NCBI RefSeq assembly: GCF_000008665.1
Contig: NC_000917.1
Span: 570,001 to 602,000, forward strand
Reading direction: 5' to 3'
Length of the DNA stretch: 32,000 bases
Source of the DNA: Archaeoglobus fulgidus DSM 4304
Lineage (GTDB): Archaea > Halobacteriota > Archaeoglobi > Archaeoglobales > Archaeoglobaceae
The notes below the pieces were generated by a model. The model searched no databases. It was not told the origin of the DNA and was given only the letters and a program-made list of their open reading frames with translations. Below are positions 15,192-23,476 of the stretch, piece by piece. The stretch's first letter is position 1, and each line of letters begins with the position of its first letter. The position numbers were made by a program, and so were the translations under genes.

Positions 15192-16996
15192 GCGGAAAGC
15201 ACAGGGAAATAAGCGTAGCTGAGTTCTTCGAGAAAAACAAGCATATTCTGGGCTACTCAAATCCGGCAAAGGCGATTATCACCGTTGTTAAAGAGGCTGT
15301 GGATAACGCCCTCGATGCGTGTGAGGAAGCGGGAATTCTGCCAGACATCTTTGTTAGAATTTCGAAGGTTGATGACCATTTCAAAATCGTCGTTGAGGAC
15401 AACGGTCCCGGCATTCCCAGGGAGCAGATTCCCAAGGTTTTCGGAAAGCTGCTTTACGGCTCCAGGTTCCACGAAATAAGGCAGAGCAGGGGTCAGCAGG
15501 GAATCGGAATTTCCGCAGCCGTTCTCTACGCCCAGCTTACGACGGGGAAGCCCGCGACGGTCATCTCGAAAACGCCCGATGAGGATAGGGCGAAGAAGGT
15601 GGTTCTCTACATCAACACAAAGAAGAACGAGCCGGAGATCGTTGAGGAGGGCGAAGAAGAGTGGTACCTGCCAAGCGGCACAAAAATCGAGCTTGAAGTT
15701 GCAGGCAACTACGTCAGAGAGAGGAAGCAAAGCGTCTACGAGTACCTGAGGGAAACCTCAGTTATAAACCCGCACGCAAAGATTACCTTTGTTGAGCCCG
15801 ACGGTACGATAAACGAGTTCAAGAGGGTGACGGACGATATCCCGCAACCACCGAAGTCCATCAAGCCCCATCCGCACGGAATAGAGCTCGGAACGCTGAT
15901 GAGCATGCTGAAGTCAACCAGAGCGACGACGTTGAGGAGGTTTTTAAAGGAAGAGTTCGTGAGGGTTGGCGAAAAGATTGCCGACGACGTTTTGAGAAAG
16001 GCGGGGTTCAGCGGTGATGAAACACCGCAGGAAATGGGGAGGGATGACGCTGCCAAGCTGCTCAACGCCTTTCGACAGACCGACTTTCTTCCTCCACCTA
16101 CGGACTGCCTCTCTCCAATAGGGGAGGCAATGATCGCAAAAAGCCTGATGGCCGAGTTCCAGCCAGAGTTCGTGTACGCTGTAACAAGAAAACCGAAGGT
16201 TTACTCCGGCCATCCGTTCCTCGTGGAGGTTGGACTTGCCTACGGTGGCGAGATAAAGTCGGAGAAGGTCACGCTTTTAAGGTACGCGAACAAGATACCC
16301 CTTCTCTACCAGCAGGGTGGCTGTGCTTTAACCAAAGCGGTTGAAAGCGTCAACTGGAAGTCCTACGGGATGGTCCAGAACAGGGGCGAGCTTCCGTCCG
16401 CTCCTGCAGTCATTCTCATACATTTGGCGTCAACAAACATCCCCTACACCTCTGAATCGAAGGAGAGCGTTGCTGCTATTCCCGAAATAATAGATGAAAC
16501 CCGCCTCGCACTGCAGGAAGTGGGAAGGAGGTTGAAAGAGTACCTCGAGAGAAAGAGCAGGCAGCAAAAGAAAAAGAAAAAGGAGGAGATGATCGGAAAA
16601 GTATTACCTCTGATAGCGAAAAAGGTCTGCGAGATTCTTGAGAAGGAGCCTCTTGAAATAGACAGAATCGTCGCGAGGATAATGGGCTACCTCCACGTTG
16701 AGAGGATCGTGGAGGAAAGGGACGGTGTCAAGGTGGTGACAATAAGGGTATCCAACTTCACGCGCTCAAAGAAGAGCATAAAGCTCTACGAGATGTGCTC
16801 AGGGAATGTAGAGGCGGACGGAGCCAAGGTTTCCGGATCGGGTTACTCCACGGTTACGTGGAGCTTAGAAGTGAAGCCGGATGAAGAAGTAGAGGTGAGC
16901 TACAGGCTTAAAGGAAGGATAATCAACAAGAATCCGCTTGTTGAAGGGGTCGAGGAGGACCTGCTAAGCGGCGCAGAGGTCATGAATTTTGCTTAA
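15188..16996 (+). CDS. top6B: Type II DNA topoisomerase VI subunit B
   Basis: 602 aa; GHKL ATPase motifs AIITVVKEAVDNALDACEEAG, VVEDNGPGIP, FGKLLYGSRFHEIRQSRGQQGIGISAAVLYAQLTTGKP. Confidence 0.97.
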   Translation: MSGKHREISVAEFFEKNKHILGYSNPAKAIITVVKEAVDNALDACEEAGILPDIFVRISKVDDHFKIVVEDNGPGIPREQIPKVFGKLLYGSRFHEIRQSRGQQGIGISAAVLYAQLTTGKPATVISKTPDEDRAKKVVLYINTKKNEPEIVEEGEEEWYLPSGTKIELEVAGNYVRERKQSVYEYLRETSVINPHAKITFVEPDGTINEFKRVTDDIPQPPKSIKPHPHGIELGTLMSMLKSTRATTLRRFLKEEFVRVGEKIADDVLRKAGFSGDETPQEMGRDDAAKLLNAFRQTDFLPPPTDCLSPIGEAMIAKSLMAEFQPEFVYAVTRKPKVYSGHPFLVEVGLAYGGEIKSEKVTLLRYANKIPLLYQQGGCALTKAVESVNWKSYGMVQNRGELPSAPAVILIHLASTNIPYTSESKESVAAIPEIIDETRLALQEVGRRLKEYLERKSRQQKKKKKEEMIGKVLPLIAKKVCEILEKEPLEIDRIVARIMGYLHVERIVEERDGVKVVTIRVSNFTRSKKSIKLYEMCSGNVEADGAKVSGSGYSTVTWSLEVKPDEEVEVSYRLKGRIINKNPLVEGVEEDLLSGAEVMNFA

Positions 16997-17273
16997 CAAT
17001 GTCGAGAATGTCTTTGATAACTTTCAGAGCTTTTATCCCCTTTTCGGTAAGCTCGTACCTGCCTTCGCTTTTGTTCACCAACCCAAGCTCGATAAGAGCC
17101 TTTAAACTGCGATCCACGATTCCGGGGTTGAGCCTCGTTTCTTCCATGATTTGGGAGAACTTTTTTGGCCTTTTTTCAAGGGAAAATATCACGAGATTAA
17201 CACCGCTCTTCGACACAACCTTCAGAAACTCTTCAAGTTTTGTTAAGTCAGTCTCGTCTCCTTGCTCCACCAA
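16980..17273 (-). CDS. Winged-helix transcriptional regulator (ArsR/MarR-like)
   Basis: 97 aa; VNLVIFSLEKRPKKFSQIMEETRLNPGIVDRSLKALIELGLVNKSEGRYELTEKGIKAL; the start is TTG 17273 or GTG 17270. The 3' end overlaps top6B by 17 nt. Confidence 0.75.
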   Translation of the reverse strand: MVEQGDETDLTKLEEFLKVVSKSGVNLVIFSLEKRPKKFSQIMEETRLNPGIVDRSLKALIELGLVNKSEGRYELTEKGIKALKVIKDILDIVKQNS

Positions 17274-17376
17274 TACTTGTTTTCTCTTAGCATATTAAAA
17301 ACCTTTACCGTGTTTGTGACATTCAACTACAAAACAACAAAGCTTAAAAGGCCTCCAGCCACTAAGCTCAAAATGT

Positions 17377-18777
17377 ATGAAATTTGACGTCATAATTGTA
17401 GGGGCAGGACCTGGAGGGATGTTCGCCGCTTACAAGCTTGCAGGAAAGCTTAACACCGCCATTTTTGAAATGGGGAGGGATATTTCAAAAAGGAAGTGCC
17501 CGAGCGACCTTTCCGAGAGTTACTGCACGAAGTGTAATCCCTGCAACATAACCTCCGGAGTAGGGGGAGCGGGTGGTCTGTCGGATGGGAAGCTCAACTA
17601 CGTCCACCCTGAGTATCCCTCAAGCTTCTCCGTCGGCGGCGATTTCGACTTTCTCGACCCCAACTACCTCATCGAGAAAATGAATGAGGTTGATGAGATC
17701 TTTCTCAAACACGGTGCGCCAGATGAGCTTTACGGCGACGACCTTGAAAAAATTGAAGATTTTCTTAAGAGGGCCAACGCCGCCGGAATCGAGTTCGTTC
17801 CCCTGAGGCAGAGGCACGTGGGGAGTGACGAGCTGCCCAAGGTTGTGAAAAGCATCGAGGACAAGTTGAAGAAGGAAGGTGTGAAGATTTACACCAGAAA
17901 AACCGTGGTTGACATAGACCCTGAGAGAAAGGTTGTGAGAACCGAAAAGGGCGAGGAGTTCGGTTACGACTATCTCATCATAGCTGTTGGCAGGAGCGGA
18001 GCGAGCTGGCTTGAAAAGTGGGCAAGAGATTACAACCTCGAGGTGGCGGAGAACTCCAAGGCCATAGACGTTGGCGTCAGAGTTGAGGTGCCCGCGTCGA
18101 TCATGGACGACATAACCTCGGCAATCTACGACCCGAAGCTGAGGGTTATCACGAAAAGGCATGACGACTACATGAGGACCTTCTGCACATGCCCGAGGGG
18201 ATGGGTGATTAGGGAAGATTACGGTGATTTCTGCCTCGTTAACGGACACAGCAAGGCCAAGGAAAAGAGCAGCAACACGAACTTTGCTCTGCTGGGCCAC
18301 TATGAGTTTACCGAACCGTTCGACGAGCCAAACGAGTGGGGAAGGGATTTGGCGAGGATAACAACAAAGCTCGGAGGGGGAAATCCAATAGTCCAGAGGC
18401 TGAAGGACTTGAGGCTCGGAAGGAGGAGCACAGAGAGCAGGATAAAGAACAACAGGCTCGTTCAGCCAACACTGAAAACAGCAATCCCCGGAGACATCAG
18501 CCTCGCCTATCCGGGAAGGGCAATTGACGATATCCTCGATGCTCTTGAGAGGTTGGACAAGGTGATTCCAGGCGTTGCCGACGACTCCACGCTTCTCTAC
18601 GCCCCCGAGGTGAAATTTTACTCTCTGAAGCTTAAAGTTGACGAGTGGATGAAGACGAACATACCCTACATCTACGCAATCGGCGACGGGGCGGGGGTTA
18701 GCAGAGGCATTGTTGGTGCTGCAGTTACAGGGCTGATTGCTGCAGAGGGCATACTCAGGGAAAGAGGGATGGAGTGA
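17377..18777 (+). CDS. FAD-dependent dehydrogenase (COG2509-like)
   Basis: 466 aa; DVIIVGAGPGGMFAAYKLAGKLNTAIFEMG, GVGGAGGLSDGKLNY, YLIIAVGRSGASWLEKWARD, YAIGDGAGVSRGIVGAAVTGLIAAEGIL. Confidence 0.85.
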   Translation: MKFDVIIVGAGPGGMFAAYKLAGKLNTAIFEMGRDISKRKCPSDLSESYCTKCNPCNITSGVGGAGGLSDGKLNYVHPEYPSSFSVGGDFDFLDPNYLIEKMNEVDEIFLKHGAPDELYGDDLEKIEDFLKRANAAGIEFVPLRQRHVGSDELPKVVKSIEDKLKKEGVKIYTRKTVVDIDPERKVVRTEKGEEFGYDYLIIAVGRSGASWLEKWARDYNLEVAENSKAIDVGVRVEVPASIMDDITSAIYDPKLRVITKRHDDYMRTFCTCPRGWVIREDYGDFCLVNGHSKAKEKSSNTNFALLGHYEFTEPFDEPNEWGRDLARITTKLGGGNPIVQRLKDLRLGRRSTESRIKNNRLVQPTLKTAIPGDISLAYPGRAIDDILDALERLDKVIPGVADDSTLLYAPEVKFYSLKLKVDEWMKTNIPYIYAIGDGAGVSRGIVGAAVTGLIAAEGILRERGME

Positions 18778-20055
18778 ATGAGGTTCTGGGACATAAGAAG
18801 AGTTGAAAATGTCTCCCTGAACCTCCAGCTTGAGAATGGCAAACTGGAAAAGCCGAGATACAACAAATCGACCTCCAAAGGATTTAGAGTTCTCAAGAAC
18901 GGATTCTGGGGGATTTTCGAGGGTAATGTCGCCGACGATGAAGGTTTAAGGCAGGCAGAGAAAAACGCCTTCACTCAGGGCGATGGAGATATAGAGGAGA
19001 TCGCAACAAAAGGGCGCTACAGAATGAGGGTTAAGAGGGACCCGCAGGACATGTCCATCGAGGAGAAGGTGGAGCTGCTGAAAGACCTCGAAAAAATTAT
19101 CAGAGACGTCTGCGTAAGCACGAAATTGGTCTACTTTGAGAACAGAAGAGTGCTGCAATACAGGGACTCATGCGGGTCGGAAGTTGAGTACGAGGTTTTG
19201 AGAACGGGAGTCTCCATAATGGGTGTGGGAAAGGGGAGAAGCCTGCAGTTTCTTTCAAAAAGGCAGATGAGGGTCGGCGGTTACGAGGTTTTAGACGGCG
19301 TCGATGAAAAAGCCTACGAAATCGTTGAGGTTCTTCCGAAACTCGTAAACGCCTTAGCTCCGCCCTCAGGCGAGATGAGCGTTGTTATGGACTCAAGCCT
19401 GGCTGGAGTGTTCGTCCACGAGGCATTCGGACATGCGGTTGAGGCCGACCACGTCCTTCAGGGAGCAACGGTGCTCAAGGGAAGGCTGAACGAAAAGGTA
19501 GCAGATGAGAGCGTTACTATAATCGACGACCCAACTCTTCCCGAATTTGGCTTCTTCCCCTTCGATGATGAAGGTGTTAGGGCAGAGAAAAAGGTTATTG
19601 TCGAGGACGGGGTTCTGAAAAGCTTCCTGCACAGCAGAGAGACGGCAAAGAAGCTTGGCGGTGTTGCGGGAAACGCGAGAAGCCAGGGTGTTGACGTACC
19701 AATCGTCAGGATGAGCAACACGTACATTGATACCCATCACTACAGCTTCGATGAGCTTTTGGAGGAGTGCAGAGATGGAGTTTACCTTGTGGGCTCGAGG
19801 GGTGGAGAAACCAATCCCGCAACGGGCTACTTCCACTTCAACGCCCAGTACGGCTACCTCATTAAGAATGGGGAGCTGGCTGAGATGGTCAGGGACGTTT
19901 CCCTGTCCGGAAACACTCTTGAAATACTGAGAAACGTGAAAATCGGCAGGGAGATTGAGTTCGACCCCGGATTCTGCGGCAAGGCGGGACAGCTCGTTCC
20001 CGTCTCCGACGGTTCTCCCCCTGTTTTGTGCAGAGCGACGGTTGGTGGGGCCTGA
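18778..20055 (+). CDS. tldD: TldD family metalloprotease subunit
   Basis: 425 aa; VFVHEAFGHAVEAD (HExxxH-type), DDPTLPEFGFFPFDDEGVRAEKKVIVEDGVLKSFLHSRETAKKLG, GSRGGETNPATGYFHFNAQYGYLI. Confidence 0.93.
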   Translation: MRFWDIRRVENVSLNLQLENGKLEKPRYNKSTSKGFRVLKNGFWGIFEGNVADDEGLRQAEKNAFTQGDGDIEEIATKGRYRMRVKRDPQDMSIEEKVELLKDLEKIIRDVCVSTKLVYFENRRVLQYRDSCGSEVEYEVLRTGVSIMGVGKGRSLQFLSKRQMRVGGYEVLDGVDEKAYEIVEVLPKLVNALAPPSGEMSVVMDSSLAGVFVHEAFGHAVEADHVLQGATVLKGRLNEKVADESVTIIDDPTLPEFGFFPFDDEGVRAEKKVIVEDGVLKSFLHSRETAKKLGGVAGNARSQGVDVPIVRMSNTYIDTHHYSFDELLEECRDGVYLVGSRGGETNPATGYFHFNAQYGYLIKNGELAEMVRDVSLSGNTLEILRNVKIGREIEFDPGFCGKAGQLVPVSDGSPPVLCRATVGGA

Positions 20056-21230
20056 TGGAGTGGGAGGTTTTCGAGTACAGAACAAAAGGTATAATGGCAG
20101 AAATCGAGGCGGGAAGGCTCAAGATTGTCAGCTCCTACGTTGACAAAAGCTTCTCCGCAAGAGTGATTTTGAAAGGGAGAGTTGGTTTTGCATCCGCTTC
20201 GACGAGGGATGAGGCACTTTCTCTGGCGGAAAAAATCGCCAGAATCTCTGAAGATGAGCTTGAAGACTTCCCGAATGAAAAGCCTGCAAGTGTTAAGGGA
20301 ATCTACGACAAAAGAGTGGAGGAGGCGGATTCGGAGCTTATTATGGAGGAATTTGAGAGGTTGAGGAGTGCCGTAGAAAAAGCGAACATAGCTTCAGCTA
20401 CCATTGAGCATGCGGTGGAGGAGGTCAGAATAACCAACTCCTTTGGCCTCGATAGCCGTGAAAAGTCAACCTCGTCGTCCATGATAGTGGAGGCTGTTTT
20501 TGAGGGGGGAAGCGCTTACGAAGTTTGCGGGAGCAGAAGCATTGAGCTTGACATAGAGGGGGCTGCGAAGAAGGCCGAGGAGCTTGCAGTTGATTCGGCT
20601 AAAGCAATCAAAATTGAGGGTGGCACCTATGATGTCATTCTCCAGCCAATCGCTGTCCACCAGCTGCTCTCCAATACACTCTATCCCTCCCTCTCCGCCG
20701 AGAACGTCGAAAAGGGAAGGAGTGTAATCAGGCTCGGTGATGAGTTTGGAAGAATAACGGTTATCGATGACCCGACTGTTGAGGGGGGCTTAATGAGCTG
20801 CGGATTTGACGATGAAGGGGTTTCCGCAAGAAAGACGTTTCTTATAGACAACGGTGTTGTTAGAAGCTACTACACCGATTGGAAGCACTCCAAAAAGTAC
20901 GGTGTGACTGGAAACGGATTCAGACTCGAGGAGAGCAGCTTTCCGGCACCAATGGTCAGCAACGTTGTTCTGGAGGTTGATGACGCTGATGACGACAACT
21001 GCCTTACAATCCACTCCTTAATCGGCTCCCACACCGCAAACCCCGTTAGCGGTGATTTCAGTCTGGAATGTAACAACGCCTACTTTGGGGAGAAGGCCGT
21101 TAAGGGGGCAATGATTTACGGAAACGTGTTTGAATTGCTTAAAAAAGTTGAAGGGGGCTTAGGTGAGCTAAGACAGATTGAAAACACAGTAACGAAGTCA
21201 CTGCGCTTTAGAAGCGTGAGGGTCATCTGA
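20055..21230 (+). CDS. pmbA: TldE/PmbA family protein, partner of TldD
   Basis: Start trimmed to ATG 20055 (overlaps the tldD stop TGA 20053-20055); GRVGFASASTRDEALSLAEKIA, ITVIDDPTVEGGLMSCGFDDEGVSARKTFLIDNGVVRSYYTD, GSHTANPVSGDFSLECNNAYF. Confidence 0.9.
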   Translation: MEWEVFEYRTKGIMAEIEAGRLKIVSSYVDKSFSARVILKGRVGFASASTRDEALSLAEKIARISEDELEDFPNEKPASVKGIYDKRVEEADSELIMEEFERLRSAVEKANIASATIEHAVEEVRITNSFGLDSREKSTSSSMIVEAVFEGGSAYEVCGSRSIELDIEGAAKKAEELAVDSAKAIKIEGGTYDVILQPIAVHQLLSNTLYPSLSAENVEKGRSVIRLGDEFGRITVIDDPTVEGGLMSCGFDDEGVSARKTFLIDNGVVRSYYTDWKHSKKYGVTGNGFRLEESSFPAPMVSNVVLEVDDADDDNCLTIHSLIGSHTANPVSGDFSLECNNAYFGEKAVKGAMIYGNVFELLKKVEGGLGELRQIENTVTKSLRFRSVRVI

Positions 21231-21660
21231 GCATGTTCGTGATGAATATCGCAACGAACAGCAGGAAAACCAATGCTATTATCAGCAAAAGCACGTCTCT
21301 TGCCAGTCTTCCAAGCTTCAGCTTCTGCTCCCTTTCCATTACCTGAAAGTCGAGCGATTTGCTGCTGCTCTCGTATCCTGCCTTCCCCTTAAACCTCACC
21401 TCCAGCTTGTGCCTCCCCTTGTAGGGTGCGGGAAAGGCAAAGGTGAACATGCCATACTCGTTCGTTTCGGCCTTTCCAACTTCTCTGCCGTCCACATAAA
21501 TGGTGACCTGAGCCCTTTCGAGGGGAATCCAGGATTTTTTCTCCTCGTCATAGTAGGTCAACCACCCCTCAACAGTAACAATTTCGTCCTCTGCTGGGGC
21601 TGCATCAAGGAAGTGCGCCGAAATTCTCGTTTTACGGGATGACAAATTTGAAGAAGACAT
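21223..21660 (-). CDS. Membrane-anchored Ig/carboxypeptidase-regulatory-like domain protein, secretion-locus associated
   Basis: 145 aa; VTVEGWLTYYDEEKKSWIPLERAQVTIYVDGREVGKAETNEYGMFTFAFPAPYKGRHKLEVRFKGKAGYESS beta-sandwich pattern and C-terminal TM VLLLIIALVFLLFVAIFITNML; overlaps the 3' end of the upstream T2SF-like gene. Confidence 0.65.
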   Translation of the reverse strand: MSSSNLSSRKTRISAHFLDAAPAEDEIVTVEGWLTYYDEEKKSWIPLERAQVTIYVDGREVGKAETNEYGMFTFAFPAPYKGRHKLEVRFKGKAGYESSSKSLDFQVMEREQKLKLGRLARDVLLLIIALVFLLFVAIFITNMLR

Positions 21661-23476
21661 ACACTACCACCACCAAAATGAAAATGTGCTTCAAACCTGC
21701 CTCAATCCTTCCCTCCCCCATTTGGCCAGCCATTATGCCGGAGAAGAGGGCAACGAGCAACGAAGTTTGCATGAACGTGTCCTTAACAGCCCCAATGTCT
21801 ATCTTTGAAGTGAACTGCGTAACCTCCACGGATGCAAAAACCGTGAGCATGTTCTGAATCAGGATGTAGGCAGTGTAGAGGAAAACGGCGAATGCAAGAT
21901 AGATTATGATGGTGTACATACTCATCTGGGCCTTTATCCTGTCTCTTACCTCCACTTCCAGCTCCGAGTACATAGATGCTGTGTTCAGGGCATCTCTGAT
22001 GCTCGGTGTTGACTCAATTGCCTTCACAAGCAAAGTTATGGCCTTCGCCACAATCTGGCTCCTGACTCTGCTCTCGATTTTTTCCAGGGCGGAGGTAATC
22101 AGCTCACCCCACTCAACCTCCCTCTTGATCTTCCTTATCTCCCTCCCCAGGACTCCGAGCTCGCTCTCCGAGAGGTGTCTCAGCGCCTCAACTACGTTCA
22201 ACCCTGCCTCGTTAAGGGAGGCGAGTTGCTTCATGAACTCTGGAAGCTCCTTCTCCATTTTAGTGAGCAATCTATTCTTGTACTCGATGAACAGAATTGA
22301 TGGAAGAATCACCATCGAAAGAGTGACGAAAATGAGCAGGTCTAAGTCCACCTTGCCGTAAAGATAAATGAAAACGGCAACAGCAGGCACGATGAGGTAG
22401 AAAGAGAGAGCGCGGAGCGTGAGGAGGTAAGGCTCCTCGGTAAAAGGCCTCTTCAGGAAGTTCAGAACTTTTTTTAGCCTCATCCTCCAAACGTAAATCT
22501 TGAATCCCGGTTCTCTGTCAGCGATCCTGAAGTAGATGTCCCTATCCCCCCTCTTTTTGTGCTCTGCAAAGCCCACGGGCTCACTTGGCATGGAGGACTT
22601 TATCAGCCACATGAGGAGGAGCGAGCCGAGAGGTATCATGGCAAACAAAACAATCTTGAACGTCTGCATCGCGCCTGAACCAACCATCTGGAAAACAACG
22701 AGGACTATGAGGAAGAAAAGCGGGGCGACGATGAAGAGGGCAAGGTATATCTCAGCGTATACCTGAAGGGTCTCAAAGAACAAAGTGTAGTAAGTCTCCC
22801 TTTCTGTGAGCAGCTGCTCGGACTTCGCACGGAGGTACTCCACAACATCTCCTCCACCCTCATAGACGTTGATGAAGTTCTCCAGGAACACCTTCAGCTT
22901 TTCCGATGGTGTTGTATCCGCAACGTACTTCATCGCCGTTATCATGTCGTACCCAAATATCTCCACAAGAGTGACTATTTTGTCGAATTCCCGGCTTATT
23001 TCGCCAAAAATTTCCCTGTTCTCCGCAACAAACCGAAATATCGAAATGAGAGGTACACCACCTTTCGCCATTCCCAGCATCATGTTCACAGCATGGGGTA
23101 GGGATGAGTCTATCTTGCCCCTTCTCACGTTGGTGATGTAGAAGGGATACGAGAGAATCAGGTACCTCGTGAAGCCGAAGGCGAGAACTGCGAAGCCCGT
23201 AATTAGAGCGAGTTCGAACTGCCAGTAGGGGATGACTGTGTTCCTTATGATTAAGGGTCCTCCGGGATTTATCACCTCCGAGACGAGAAAGCCGAGAAGA
23301 ATGCCCGGAATAACGGAGAGAAGGGGGTAAAATAGGGCGATGGAGAGCAGTTCCGGCACCGTCATCCTCAGCCTCGCGCTTTCTATCGCTGAAGACAGCT
23401 CCGAGTAGCTTCCCGGTCTTCGGATGTATCTTTTCCTGTAAAATCTCCTCAGCGCCAATGGAGTGTAGAGGCTCAT
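21632..23476 (-). CDS. Type II/IV secretion inner-membrane protein (GspF/TadC/FlaJ-like, two T2SSF regions)
   Basis: 614 aa; HAVNMMLGMAKGGVPLISIFRFVAENREIFGEISREFDKIV and ELPEFMKQLASLNEAGLNVVEALRHLSESELGVLGREIRKIKREVEWGELITSALEKIESRV, each followed by TM segments; coupled to the ATPase gene. Confidence 0.88.
   Translation of the reverse strand: MSLYTPLALRRFYRKRYIRRPGSYSELSSAIESARLRMTVPELLSIALFYPLLSVIPGILLGFLVSEVINPGGPLIIRNTVIPYWQFELALITGFAVLAFGFTRYLILSYPFYITNVRRGKIDSSLPHAVNMMLGMAKGGVPLISIFRFVAENREIFGEISREFDKIVTLVEIFGYDMITAMKYVADTTPSEKLKVFLENFINVYEGGGDVVEYLRAKSEQLLTERETYYTLFFETLQVYAEIYLALFIVAPLFFLIVLVVFQMVGSGAMQTFKIVLFAMIPLGSLLLMWLIKSSMPSEPVGFAEHKKRGDRDIYFRIADREPGFKIYVWRMRLKKVLNFLKRPFTEEPYLLTLRALSFYLIVPAVAVFIYLYGKVDLDLLIFVTLSMVILPSILFIEYKNRLLTKMEKELPEFMKQLASLNEAGLNVVEALRHLSESELGVLGREIRKIKREVEWGELITSALEKIESRVRSQIVAKAITLLVKAIESTPSIRDALNTASMYSELEVEVRDRIKAQMSMYTIIIYLAFAVFLYTAYILIQNMLTVFASVEVTQFTSKIDIGAVKDTFMQTSLLVALFSGIMAGQMGEGRIEAGLKHIFILVVVVYVFFKFVIP

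Noticed and set aside
17620-18300. 226-aa minus-strand ORF inside the FAD dehydrogenase gene
   Set aside because: Codon-bias shadow of the plus-strand dehydrogenase; no recognised domain.
20028-20054. Upstream start for the PmbA/TldE gene at 20028
   Set aside because: Would overlap tldD by 28 nt with an unlikely leader (MQSDGWWGL); ATG 20055 in the TGATG junction is more plausible.
19393-20085. 230-aa minus-strand ORF inside tldD
   Set aside because: Shadow of the TldD HExxxH-containing coding sequence.
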